Source of the DNA: a virus
DNA: 32,664 nt
Reading direction: 5' to 3' (one strand)
UHGV virus genome: UHGV-2169520
Shown here: piece after piece, positions 17,912 to 26,994 of the stretch
How positions within the stretch are numbered: position 1 is the first letter of the stretch
Layout: the number at the start of each line of letters is the position of its first letter
Made by a program: the position numbers and the translations under genes
The notes under the pieces: model-generated
Databases searched by the model: none
What the model saw: only the letters and a program-made list of their open reading frames with translations
Told to the model about the DNA's origin: nothing

Positions 17912-18179
17912 CCGTCGCAGCAATTTCGCGAAGCTGTTCACGTCTGACTTCTCCTTCCTGTGCCCTTTTCTGTCGCTGCGTCATCACCTCATGCAGTACG
18001 GCGGAGGCATCGCTGATAACGGCGGAGGACTCACGCAGCGCCCGGCTGTATTCGCCCAGCTGCTGCTCTGCGGCGTCACGTGCCTCACCGGCACGCCCCA
18101 GCCGGTATGACTGCCACATGGCCGCCGCCGTCAGGGTGGTCACCATGAGGGCAACAATCACGGCGTAAACCGGTCTCAT
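17772..18179 (-). CDS. lysB: Inner-membrane spanin (Rz/LysB-like)
   Basis: N-terminal TMD MRPVYAVIVALMVTTLTAAAMW then charged coiled region; ATGA overlap with endolysin stop; SD GGAGG. Confidence 0.75.
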   Translation of the reverse strand: MRPVYAVIVALMVTTLTAAAMWQSYRLGRAGEARDAAEQQLGEYSRALRESSAVISDASAVLHEVMTQRQKRAQEGEVRREQLREIAATDECAGTLPDHRFTDRLREHTKRATARALLPVHSGGTDDGNTAPALP

Positions 18180-18721
18180 GTGCTGCCTCCCGTGTCGCGA
18201 AGACACCACTGTCTGAACTCCTCCCGGCGGTTAACCAGCCCCTGTGAGCGGCGTCCGCCACTGTTGACAAAATCGGTCAGTCTCCCGCACATCGCCACCC
18301 AGCGGTGCGCCTGTGCGTGCTTCCAGATGGTGGTGCGCTGCCGGTTGCCGCTCCTGTCCCGGTACCACATCAGGCCGGTACAGCCGACGTTGAACGCCGC
18401 GTCGGTCATCGCCTCAAAGGCGGACTGGGGCATGGCGGCACCGCTGAAGTTCTGGTTGATACAGTTTTCCGCGTGCCGCAGGTCATTCACCCAGCGGCGG
18501 GCCACCTCCTTTTCTCCGTAAACCCGGTTCTCCACGCCCCCTGTTGAACCACATCCCACGGTCATTACTCCTGCAATATCACGGTACGGTGTCGCCCGGC
18601 ACTCTTCCCGGGTGGCGATTTTTATCTGTGCTTCCCGTGAGGTTCTCAGTTCACCGGGTGCCATGGAGACGCCCAGCGCCACAATGGCCGCCACCGCATA
18701 ACGTTTTACCGGCAGTTTCAC
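18176..18721 (-). CDS. SAR endolysin (lysozyme, P1 Lyz-like)
   Basis: Weakly hydrophobic Gly/Ala-rich N-terminus; E-x8-D-x5-T catalytic motif; CINQNFSG..AMTDAAFNVGC and FVNSGG..RREEFRQWCL blocks as in P1 Lyz. Confidence 0.85.
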   Translation of the reverse strand: MKLPVKRYAVAAIVALGVSMAPGELRTSREAQIKIATREECRATPYRDIAGVMTVGCGSTGGVENRVYGEKEVARRWVNDLRHAENCINQNFSGAAMPQSAFEAMTDAAFNVGCTGLMWYRDRSGNRQRTTIWKHAQAHRWVAMCGRLTDFVNSGGRRSQGLVNRREEFRQWCLRDTGGST

Positions 18722-19008
18722 CGCTCTTCTCCGTCCTGTCTCACGCTGTCCAGTGCCCGTCTCTCACCGTCGTGAAGCTCGCGGTTTTCTGAACGTGCCA
18801 GGATGCGGGCGATAAGGTCATTGCGGCGCTTCATTGCCTGCTCCGTACGCCTGCGGTGGCACCAGGCATGGATGGCGGAAAGTGACCCCAGAAGCAGCCC
18901 GGCCAGCGCAATTTTTTCGCTGATGGTCATAACACCAATGGTTGTTGCCGTCACTGACGCCCAGAAGGTGATCCAGTCACTGACGCGCTGAAAAAATCCC
19001 GTCACCAT
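18718..19008 (-). CDS. Holin, two predicted TMDs (pinholin-like)
   Basis: Two hydrophobic segments followed by highly charged C-terminus; immediately upstream of SAR endolysin. Confidence 0.7.
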   Translation of the reverse strand: MVTGFFQRVSDWITFWASVTATTIGVMTISEKIALAGLLLGSLSAIHAWCHRRRTEQAMKRRNDLIARILARSENRELHDGERRALDSVRQDGEER

Positions 19009-19199
19009 AGCTTTACCTTTTCGCGTTGCTGTTTCCTTTCCGGCTCCGGCATCTCCACCTCCTGTCCCGCTTCCAGAATTACCTGGCGGCAGAGCCCGGG
19101 ATTGGCATCAAGTACCTGTGCGGTCACCCCCTGCGTGGTGCCGTAGTGCCGGAAACAGAGTAAATCGACGGTATCCCCCTGGAGTGCCCTCACTTTCAT
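19002..19199 (-). CDS. X: Tail protein X
   Basis: MKVRALQGDTVDLLCFRHYG..ANPGL..LW resembles P2 gpX; start at ATG 19199. Confidence 0.8.
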   Translation of the reverse strand: MKVRALQGDTVDLLCFRHYGTTQGVTAQVLDANPGLCRQVILEAGQEVEMPEPERKQQREKVKLW

Positions 19200-19693
19200 C
19201 ACACCAGCTCCGCAAAAAGACGGGGGCGACCCAGAATATCTGCCACGGACCAGCGCACATCGCGCCATAAGTCTTCCATCTGCTCATCCAGTGCGTCAGC
19301 CCGGCGGTTCCCTTTATCAGTGGTGTCCACATCCCGCCAGCGTTCCAGAATCAGGGCGCGGGTGGCGCTGTAGACGGCGTTGCGGTAATGCCATACGTTG
19401 ACGCTCTCACCGTTGATGGTGGCGGCAGGCACTTCTGCGAGGATGCTGAACCCTGCGGCAGACTGCGTCTTCTGCCACTCTTCCAGCTCCCGCGTGACGT
19501 GAGCCACGGCTCCCGTGGCAACGTGCGCCAGACGTGTGGAGGTGATGCGGCCCGGCAGGCGTACTGCAAGGCGCAGCTCCCGCAGCACAATCTCCGGCCA
19601 GAATGCCCCGGCGGTGATGGTGGCGTCGCCGTCGTCGGTGTCGGGGATATCGTCCCGTGCAGGGGCGGCTTCCGGTCTTGCGACCATGCTCAT
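19199..19693 (-). CDS. L: Head completion protein L
   Basis: Position and size as P2 gpL; SD AAGGAG. Confidence 0.8.
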   Translation of the reverse strand: MSMVARPEAAPARDDIPDTDDGDATITAGAFWPEIVLRELRLAVRLPGRITSTRLAHVATGAVAHVTRELEEWQKTQSAAGFSILAEVPAATINGESVNVWHYRNAVYSATRALILERWRDVDTTDKGNRRADALDEQMEDLWRDVRWSVADILGRPRLFAELV

Positions 19694-19796
19694 AAATCGC
19701 TCCTTCAGAAAAAAAAGGCGGTGGGTGCCGGGTGTAAGGGGAACGGAAAACCGTAACCGGAACGCCCGGCACGCCGCCTTCTGACGGGGTCAGCCG

Positions 19797-20564
19797 TTAA
19801 CCACGTTTCGCCTTCGCTTTCGCCTTCGGCGTCGTGGTCTGTTCTCTGGTTGTATCTTTCTGTGCCGCAGGCTCCTGTGCGGCAGCGGCTTCATCCTGTC
19901 CGGCCTTTTTCAGGGCCCGTGAAAGCGTGGCAATCTCACGTTTTACCCCCGCATTCGGGTTAAGGTGCATTGCCTCACGGAACAGCTTCAGACTCACCGC
20001 CATGCTGTCGGCATCGGTCAGGCCACGACGGGCAAAGGCGCATGCCTTGCACAGCTTGGCGCGGACCTCATCGGGCATGTCCCGGTTCGCGACAATTTGC
20101 CAGAGGGTGTCCAGCGGTTCGATGTAGCCGGACAAATCGGCGTGTGCATCCGTTCCGGCCTGTGTCAGAACAGGGTTGCAGATTTCCTCGGTCAGTACCG
20201 TGGCTGCCGTACGCCCGAAGTTGTCAGGCATCGTGAGGTTGTGGCGAACCACATAATCCCCGATGCGCAGTGCAAGCGCCAGGTCGCCACAGTCCACGGC
20301 CCACACCATNNNNNNNNNNNCCTGCTGTCCGCCGTCGGCTTCCAGCGTGCCGTCTATCCAGCCTGCAAAACCCGGCAGCATTTCACGCTTGAGCGCGGCC
20401 TTTGCCGCTTTTGCCTGGACGCCCTTTATGCGTTGCTGTGCCAGGCGCAGACGGTGAAGGACCTGCTCATGAGCCGTGCGGGCCACGATATCCTCGTTTT
20501 CTGCTGCCGTTCCTGCCCGTAAAGCCATCACGTGCTGGAAATGAGCCTGTGCCGGTGTCAGCAT
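19797..20564 (-). CDS. M: Terminase small (endonuclease) subunit M; contains N gap
   Basis: P2 gpM-like; N run 20310-20320 inside the gene. Confidence 0.8.
   Translation of the reverse strand: MLTPAQAHFQHVMALRAGTAAENEDIVARTAHEQVLHRLRLAQQRIKGVQAKAAKAALKREMLPGFAGWIDGTLEADGGQQXXXXMVWAVDCGDLALALRIGDYVVRHNLTMPDNFGRTAATVLTEEICNPVLTQAGTDAHADLSGYIEPLDTLWQIVANRDMPDEVRAKLCKACAFARRGLTDADSMAVSLKLFREAMHLNPNAGVKREIATLSRALKKAGQDEAAAAQEPAAQKDTTREQTTTPKAKAKAKRG
20310..20320. other. Assembly gap (11 N) inside terminase gene M
   Basis: Run of N. Confidence 0.95.
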
Positions 20565-20566
20565 GG

Positions 20567-21706
20567 TTAATCCTCCTCTTCCCCTGCATCCTTGTCTTCA
20601 GCCTGCGCTGACAGTGCTTTTATGTCCTCCCGGTACCAGTCCGGCGCGTCATGGTCATATGTGGCAAAGCTGATATTCTCAATCAGTGCGCACTTACCAT
20701 GGTCCTCAACCACATAGCAGTCGTTAACGGACTGATAGATGGCGATACGGTTGTATTCGGGCTCATCCTTCATGAGACGACGCATGGACCCCTTCTGCCA
20801 GTAAACCGACAGGTTGCTGAATGAGGTGATGAGCATTGACTGAGCCGGGAAAAATGGCGCAAGGTACACATCAAGGCCGCCAATGGTCCGCGTTGACACA
20901 ATGAGCTGTCCGGCAAGCAGTTCGGCATTCGCATTCTGCATGCTGATACTGTTCAGGACCGGCAGGCGCAGGGAGTTAAAGAGGTTTCGCCCCATGATGA
21001 CAACGAGGTCGTCTGCGTCCTTGTGCCATTCGTCAAGCAGGGATGAGCGTGCATCCTGGACCAGTGCATCGGGATTGGCGTATCTGCCTGTGTATGCCAC
21101 CGAATTGTCCATATTGCGCGCAGTCAGCATCACGTCTTTCATGACGCGTTGCGGGGCCTGGTCCCTGATATCCTGCAGCCACCCCTTATTGACGTCCTCA
21201 AGTCGCGGGTGTTTTTTTATATCCGAGACTTCCGCATGGTGCGTACCGTTAAAACCTGTCATGATGCGATCAAGTGCCACCTGTCTGGCAATCTGGCGAC
21301 TCACACGCAGCTGGAAGTCAGGGTGTCCGGCCCACATGTCAAGCTGAGGGTAGGAGATGAAGGTGTCGTAGTTCACCTGCTCGCACTCATAGCGTCGCGC
21401 TTTCATGTCCACCACATTCAGCGGGTTACGACGATTTGTACCGTCATAACTGCTGTTCGTGCGCGCAACCGGCCCGGTGGTGTCCAGGAGTACCTTTTCA
21501 CCTTTCTGCTCTGTCACACCAATGCTGTTGGCTTTCTGAAGAAAATCATGGCTTTCCTTTGATGCGTTTTCAAATCTCTGCTGCACTGCCGGCTGTACCG
21601 AAAAGCGGGAGGAGAGCGCAGATATCGTGATGTTATTCATCTCCGCCTGTTGTGCCTGGTAAGCAAAAAGCTCGGCCCGCGCGGCATCGCTCATGATCAG
21701 ATTCAT
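20567..21706 (-). CDS. N: Major capsid protein N
   Basis: Aligns with P2 gpN (..GFNG.. and ..VVIMGRNLF.. blocks); SD AGAGGTGA. Confidence 0.9.
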   Translation of the reverse strand: MNLIMSDAARAELFAYQAQQAEMNNITISALSSRFSVQPAVQQRFENASKESHDFLQKANSIGVTEQKGEKVLLDTTGPVARTNSSYDGTNRRNPLNVVDMKARRYECEQVNYDTFISYPQLDMWAGHPDFQLRVSRQIARQVALDRIMTGFNGTHHAEVSDIKKHPRLEDVNKGWLQDIRDQAPQRVMKDVMLTARNMDNSVAYTGRYANPDALVQDARSSLLDEWHKDADDLVVIMGRNLFNSLRLPVLNSISMQNANAELLAGQLIVSTRTIGGLDVYLAPFFPAQSMLITSFSNLSVYWQKGSMRRLMKDEPEYNRIAIYQSVNDCYVVEDHGKCALIENISFATYDHDAPDWYREDIKALSAQAEDKDAGEEED

Positions 21707-21734
21707 CGGTTATCACCTCTTGTGGTTATTTCTG

Positions 21735-22571
21735 TCAGTAGTCAGCCAGTTGTCTGGACTGCCCGCCGGTTGCCGTAAAACGACTTTCCTGATCAGCGTC
21801 CAGTCCGCGCAGTCTGTTTTTCAGCTCTGCCAGCTCAGTGGACAGGGTGGCGATTTTCTGTCTGTCTGCCTGATGGCGCGATTCCAGTGCACTGAAGCGG
21901 TCGAGAAGGTCGGCATGCGATGAGGCTATCCCCTCAACGGCGTCATGAATGCGGGAGAACCGGGTGTCGTCAGCCCTGCGTCCTCGCCCAATCATGTTCA
22001 TCACGCGGTTAAGCCACTGCGCACCTTCCTCGCTGCGGCGCTCCGTCAGTTCGATCACTTCAGCCTCAATGGCGTCAGAGAACATCGGTGCTTCCGTCTG
22101 CTGATTATTGAAGGTCATGACCGAACGGCGCTGCTGCAGGGCGAACTGAAGACGCTCCGTGCCGATGCTTGCCGGGGTGTCTGTCATGGCAAGGCCAATA
22201 AGATACGGGGTGCCCGTAGGGGTGAAATTTCGTGCCAGCTCAATACTGGAGTAAATTTTCTTACCCCGGGAGACCAGATTTTTCATGCGGTCGGTGGGTT
22301 CGATTTCCGCATACAGCGCAGTACGACCGACCAGCGGACCTTCGGTGATTTCTTCTGTGCTCAGTGCCGTCACATCACCCATGGCGGAAAATTCACTGGA
22401 CGGAACCGGTGAAAGCCAGTGCTCCACGTTCACGCGTGCGCCGTAAATCTCAGGGTTGAAGTTACTGGCCGCCGCGCGCAAATCTGCGGCACTGATTTCG
22501 CGACCGTCTGCGGTGGGACCGGAAACGGCCACGCGGAATGTTTTACGGGATGTTTTTTTCTGTTCAGGCAT
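21735..22571 (-). CDS. O: Capsid scaffolding protein O
   Basis: P2 gpO-like; start set at ATG 22571 (MPEQKKTSRK) rather than ORF-track 22712. Confidence 0.85.
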   Translation of the reverse strand: MPEQKKTSRKTFRVAVSGPTADGREISAADLRAAASNFNPEIYGARVNVEHWLSPVPSSEFSAMGDVTALSTEEITEGPLVGRTALYAEIEPTDRMKNLVSRGKKIYSSIELARNFTPTGTPYLIGLAMTDTPASIGTERLQFALQQRRSVMTFNNQQTEAPMFSDAIEAEVIELTERRSEEGAQWLNRVMNMIGRGRRADDTRFSRIHDAVEGIASSHADLLDRFSALESRHQADRQKIATLSTELAELKNRLRGLDADQESRFTATGGQSRQLADY

Positions 22572-22639
22572 TGTCGGGCCCTCGTGATGATCGTTTGTCT
22601 CATGATGGCAAAACGGGGCAGGGACAGACAAAGTGCGTT

Positions 22640-22663
22640 TGTTGTAAGCGAATGCCGACAACA
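22640..22663. promoter_or_regulatory. Candidate Ogr-type activator site in the divergent O/P intergenic region
   Basis: TGTTGT-N12-ACAACA, containing TGT-N12-ACA (22643-22660); same extended arms as the site at 5006-5029. Confidence 0.45.
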
Positions 22664-22725
22664 CCGGGCATGGCAGGAGGCCTGTAAGGGGTGAGTAAAC
22701 TGCCTGAATCACATGAGGGGGAGAA

Positions 22726-24477
22726 ATGATTCAGGATACATTTGTTCGCCAGCGGGCACGCCAGCTGTACTGGCAGGGTTACCCTGTTGCGGAAATTTCC
22801 CGCCTTATGGGTATCAACCAGAACACGATCCATTCGTGGAAAAAACGCGACCAGTGGGATGAGACGCCCCCGGTTCAGCGTGTCACGCAGTCCATGGATG
22901 CGCGACTCATTCAGCTCACGGAAAAACAGAATAAAACAGGCGGGGACTTTAAGGAAATTGATTTGCTGACCCGTCAGCTTAAAAAGCTGCATGACGGTCT
23001 GCCGGATGAGACGGCAACAGGAAAGAAAGGCCGGGCGAAAAAACGCAAAAATCATTTCACGCCGGAACAGATCGCGGCGCTGCGGGAAAAAATTACCGAC
23101 AGGCTGGCCGGACACCAGCGCAAATGGCTTGATGCTATCGGTGCCTGTGAGCGTGCCGGAATTACTGACAGGATGATCCTGAAATCCCGCCAGATTGGGG
23201 CGACCTGGTATTTTGCGCAGGAAGCGCTGCTGATGGCGCTGCGTGACGATGTGGCACAACCTTACCAGCGTAACCAGATTTTTTTGTCTGCGTCTCGTCG
23301 TCAGGCGCTCCAGTTTAAAAGCATTATTCAGAAGGCTGCATCTGAAGTTGATGTGGAACTGAAAGGGGGCGATAAAGTCATCCTCTCCAACGGTGCAGAG
23401 CTGCATTTTCTCGGCACTTCTGCGGCCACCGCGCAAGCGTACACAGGGAATCTGTATTTTGATGAGTTTTTCTGGACGGGGCGTTTCGCAGAGCTGCGCA
23501 AGGTGGCTGCTGCTATGGCAACGCTGGATGGTTTGCGGTGTACCTATTTTTCCACGCCATCAAGTGAAACACATGAGGCGTATGCATACTGGAACGGCGA
23601 TCACTGGAATGAAGGGCTTCGTACTCATAAACGTCAGCATTTTGATGTGAGCTGGAATGCGCTTCATAACGGCCTTATCTGTCCTGACTATATCTGGCGG
23701 CAAATTGTGACGCTGGAAGATGTGGTCAGTCAGGGATGGACGTTAACCAACATTGACAAAATCCGGCGCAATAACACTGAAGACGAGTTCCGCAATCTCT
23801 ACATGTGTGAATTTGCTCGCGAAGGGGAATCGGCATTTAACCTGAATATCCTGATTGGCTGCGGTGTTGACGGATACGACGAGTGGCCGGACTGGAAGCC
23901 GTTTGCACCGCGTCCGATGGGGAACCGCCCTGTGTGGATTGGGTACGACGCCAACGGCAGTAGCGGGAACGGTGACAGCGGGGCGGTTGTCGTGGTGGTG
24001 CCGCCAGCCGTACCGGGCGGGCGTTTTCGCACCGTGGAGACGCGGCGGGTGCAGGGGCTGGAGTTTGAGGCGCAGGCGAAGGTGATTGAAGAGTTCACCT
24101 TTCGCTATAACGTTGAGCATATCGGTATTGACGTAACCGGCGGTCACGGGGATGCGGTGTATCAGATTGTGAAGCGCTTTTTTCCGGCAGCCATTCCCTA
24201 CACCTTCACCCTGTCATCAAAGCGCACGCTGGTTCTGAAGATGCTGCAGCTCATGCGCGCCGGGCGGTGGGAGTACGACCGCAGCGAGCGCGAACTGGTG
24301 AGCGCCTTTAACGCGGTACGCAAAACAAAAACGCAGGCCGGATTTATCACCTACGAAACAGATCGCGCAAGAGGCGTAAGCCATGGCGATCTTGCATGGG
24401 CCACCATGCTGGCCGTTATCAACGAACCTGTCGGCGGTGAACATGATGCCGCCCCCTTCAGTGTTACGGAGTTCTGA
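22726..24477 (+). CDS. P: Terminase large (ATPase) subunit P
   Basis: P2 gpP-like over full length. Confidence 0.9.
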   Translation: MIQDTFVRQRARQLYWQGYPVAEISRLMGINQNTIHSWKKRDQWDETPPVQRVTQSMDARLIQLTEKQNKTGGDFKEIDLLTRQLKKLHDGLPDETATGKKGRAKKRKNHFTPEQIAALREKITDRLAGHQRKWLDAIGACERAGITDRMILKSRQIGATWYFAQEALLMALRDDVAQPYQRNQIFLSASRRQALQFKSIIQKAASEVDVELKGGDKVILSNGAELHFLGTSAATAQAYTGNLYFDEFFWTGRFAELRKVAAAMATLDGLRCTYFSTPSSETHEAYAYWNGDHWNEGLRTHKRQHFDVSWNALHNGLICPDYIWRQIVTLEDVVSQGWTLTNIDKIRRNNTEDEFRNLYMCEFAREGESAFNLNILIGCGVDGYDEWPDWKPFAPRPMGNRPVWIGYDANGSSGNGDSGAVVVVVPPAVPGGRFRTVETRRVQGLEFEAQAKVIEEFTFRYNVEHIGIDVTGGHGDAVYQIVKRFFPAAIPYTFTLSSKRTLVLKMLQLMRAGRWEYDRSERELVSAFNAVRKTKTQAGFITYETDRARGVSHGDLAWATMLAVINEPVGGEHDAAPFSVTEF

Positions 24478-25532
24478 TGAGCAGAAAAAATAAACAACGA
24501 CGTACGAACGCCCGCGCAGCGCAGGGCAGCCTTGCGGATTCCCTGCGAAGCGACCCGACACTAAGTGCCTTCACGTTTGAAGGACCTTACCGGCTGTCAG
24601 GGGCCGACCTGCTGGACAGCATGTACTGCGCCGACAACGGGCGGTGGTTTGAAACGCCCGTTGACTGGTACGGACTGGCACGGGCTGCCCGCCAGACGTC
24701 CTGGCACCAGTCGGCGCTCAGCTTCAAACGTAATGTGCTGCTGGGCTGCTATATTCCACATCCTCTGCTGTCCCGCCAGGAGTTCGCCGGGGTGGCGATG
24801 GACTGGTTTGTGTTCGGTAATGCCTGTCTTGAGCTGCGGCGCAACATGCTTGGCGAACCGCTGGCCCTGCGCCGGGCGCTGGCGAAATACATGCGACGTG
24901 GCAGCGATATGAAATCATGGTGGTATATACAGGAAGGACAGGAAGAGTACCGCTTTCGTGAGGGGACGATATGCCACCTGATGAATCCTGATATCAACCA
25001 GGAGATTTACGGGATGCCGGATTACCTGGGCGGCCTGCTGTCTGCCAGCCTGTCACATTCCGCCGATATCTTCCGCAAGCTCTACTACGATAACGGCTCA
25101 CACGCGGGCTGTATTGTCTACATCGGTGCGGCGCAGGTTGACCGTGAAAGCATGGAAAAACTGCGGGAAACACTGCAAAGCGCGCGTGGTGGCGGGGCGT
25201 TTAAAAATCTGCTCATCCACGCGGCGGGAGGTGGTAAGGATGGCGTACAGATTTTGCCGTTTCAGCAAATCACCGCAAAGGATGAGTTCATGAACGTCAA
25301 GGCTGCATCGCGTGATGATGTGCTGTCCGTGCACCGTGTACCGCCGCAGCTGATGGGGGCCATGCCGGGTGAGAAGGGGTCATTCGGGGATGTGGAGAAG
25401 GCAGCCCGTGTGTTTGCCATTAACGAACTGATGCCCGTCATGGAAGCAATGAAACACGTCAACGACTGGCTGGGCGAAGAGGTGATCCGTTTTAACCCTT
25501 ACGCACTGTTAGACACCCAGCCCATATCCTGA
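24477..25532 (+). CDS. Q: Portal protein Q
   Basis: P2 gpQ-like; start overlaps P stop. Confidence 0.9.
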   Translation: MSRKNKQRRTNARAAQGSLADSLRSDPTLSAFTFEGPYRLSGADLLDSMYCADNGRWFETPVDWYGLARAARQTSWHQSALSFKRNVLLGCYIPHPLLSRQEFAGVAMDWFVFGNACLELRRNMLGEPLALRRALAKYMRRGSDMKSWWYIQEGQEEYRFREGTICHLMNPDINQEIYGMPDYLGGLLSASLSHSADIFRKLYYDNGSHAGCIVYIGAAQVDRESMEKLRETLQSARGGGAFKNLLIHAAGGGKDGVQILPFQQITAKDEFMNVKAASRDDVLSVHRVPPQLMGAMPGEKGSFGDVEKAARVFAINELMPVMEAMKHVNDWLGEEVIRFNPYALLDTQPIS

Positions 25533-25559
25533 CGCGCTTCGCTTGTCTGCTGCTTCGCC

Positions 25560-25582
25560 GGGGCATAAAAAATTTATGCCCC
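25560..25582. terminator. Hairpin between convergent Q and the 237-codon cargo gene
   Basis: GGGGCATAAA-aaa-TTTATGCCCC, 10-bp stem; no clear U-tract on either side. Confidence 0.3.
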
Positions 25583-25598
25583 GACTCTCCAGCTCTGC

Positions 25599-26312
25599 TT
25601 AACGAAGTGCTGATGGCGCTCGCTTTTTCAGGTGATTAGCGATGTGCTTTTTCATGTGCATAACAACATCGCCCCAGGCTTCTTCGCTGGGTTTATTGAT
25701 AAATACGCGAACAGAAATATCGTCTTCCACCCGGACTCTCAGAGACACCCGTTCCGCATCTACTGAATATAATTCAAGTGCAATAACCACGCTTACCGGG
25801 TAGCTGCTGTCAGATGACTTAACCCAGGTTCGCACGGCCATGCGGAAAATATTGTCTGGTGCAGATGCGATATTGTGGACTGAAAGAGGACTAAAATCCG
25901 CCGCTGTCTTACATGGCAAGCCTGTCTCCACGTAGCGGTGCAGGTCGCCATCATCGTCTTCCCAGTACATGGATGGAAGCCCCAGCCATTCTTCATAGAA
26001 ATCAATCAGCCTTGCCGCTTCATCCCGCAAAATTTGAGCTGCCTCAGCGCGTTTTTCTTCAGCTTCACGATTGATCTGGCATAAATCATTAAAGTGGCTC
26101 ATGACATTATCCTCTTTTGAGTTGATGCCTGCCGCTATTCTGACTTTGCCCGGGTTCTCCTGCAAGCTGGTTATTCCTTCAGATAATTTCACAACATCTC
26201 CAACCTTGTAGCCATCATCGCCGGGCGGATGCTTACGCAACCCCGCAACTCTGACGACATATTCTCGCTGCCTCAGTGCGATTTTGACGGCCTTATCTTT
26301 CACCCCCATCAA
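25599..26312 (-). CDS. Hypothetical cargo protein (237 aa, or 167 aa from ATG 26102), no recognisable domain
   Basis: Long ORF; internal ATG 26102 has strong SD AAGAGGA, first ATG has none; own transcription unit. Confidence 0.6.
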   Translation of the reverse strand: MMGVKDKAVKIALRQREYVVRVAGLRKHPPGDDGYKVGDVVKLSEGITSLQENPGKVRIAAGINSKEDNVMSHFNDLCQINREAEEKRAEAAQILRDEAARLIDFYEEWLGLPSMYWEDDDGDLHRYVETGLPCKTAADFSPLSVHNIASAPDNIFRMAVRTWVKSSDSSYPVSVVIALELYSVDAERVSLRVRVEDDISVRVFINKPSEEAWGDVVMHMKKHIANHLKKRAPSALR

Positions 26313-26528
26313 ATCAAGCTTTTACGTCTTTTTTACGCTCAGCGTGAGAAATACAGCCATTCTGTTGTGTCGCTGCAACATCGTTCAGGGAATGCTATTT
26401 ACCCCCTGAAACGCGGGCTGTTCCCCCGTCACCTGCGCGCAGAAAAAGGCCTTTTTTCGTGCACGCACGGATCCCCGACGGATCCAGACGCCACACGGGC
26501 CGGAAGGGCAAAAAGTCGTTCAAAAAAA

Positions 26529-26555
26529 TTGTGCAAATTTGTGCACTATTGTGCA
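26529..26555. repeat. Three direct TTGTGCA repeats at exact 10-bp spacing (candidate regulator binding sites)
   Basis: TTGTGCA at 26529, 26539, 26549, between the operon terminator and the 237-codon gene. Confidence 0.4.
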
Positions 26556-26564
26556 TTGAAATAA

Positions 26565-26587
26565 ACGCCCTGGAGGAGGGCGTTTTG
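26565..26587. terminator. Bidirectional intrinsic terminator ending the A-linked cargo operon
   Basis: ACGCCCT-GGAGG-AGGGCGT hairpin then TTTG on plus strand; U-rich tract after it on minus strand. Confidence 0.6.
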
Positions 26588-26592
26588 CTCAT

Positions 26593-26994
26593 CTATTTAT
26601 AGCCTTGCCCCTTACTGGCCAGCGCCCTGATGGCAGGGCGTGCCAACACCATATTTTGGCAATGATGAATTGCCCGGCAAAATTCATCTCTACCCATTGG
26701 ATGCTCAACTGGCAATGTAAAATACAGGTTCCATGCATCGCCTAAAAGTTGGGCTATCTTTTGTTCTTCAGATGTCAGCAAGCGGTACTCCCCATCCTTG
26801 ATGTAGTCACTTGTGCCATCGACCTGCTGTTCTGCAATGTGGAAAGCACCTATTGGTTTTGCTTCCAGCGATGCCAAAGCAATCCGTGCCAGTTTTTCCG
26901 CTTCTTCGGCTGGCAGTACAACGTTGCTACCAGGTCCGTATGTTTCGCGCCACTGCCTGATTGTCAGTAGTCGCTCTTTGGTTATAGTGGTCAT
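26593..26994 (-). CDS. Hypothetical cargo protein (133 aa)
   Basis: SD GAGGA 7 nt before ATG; ATGA overlap with upstream gene stop. Confidence 0.65.
   Translation of the reverse strand: MTTITKERLLTIRQWRETYGPGSNVVLPAEEAEKLARIALASLEAKPIGAFHIAEQQVDGTSDYIKDGEYRLLTSEEQKIAQLLGDAWNLYFTLPVEHPMGRDEFCRAIHHCQNMVLARPAIRALASKGQGYK

Noticed and set aside
25599-26312. 237-codon gene as a homologue of P2 Tin or Old
   Set aside because: No Walker A or other ATPase/nuclease motif is visible and I cannot support any similarity from memory; left as hypothetical.
26415-26440. Assignment of the phage cos site
   Set aside because: Two GC-rich candidates (25560-25582 hairpin region and 26415-26440) only loosely resemble the P2/186 19-nt cohesive ends as I recall them; not annotated as a feature.
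26229-26564. Plus-strand ORF 26229-26564 in the gap upstream of the 237-codon gene
   Set aside because: It overlaps the minus-strand gene start and the repeat/palindrome control region, and has no SD.
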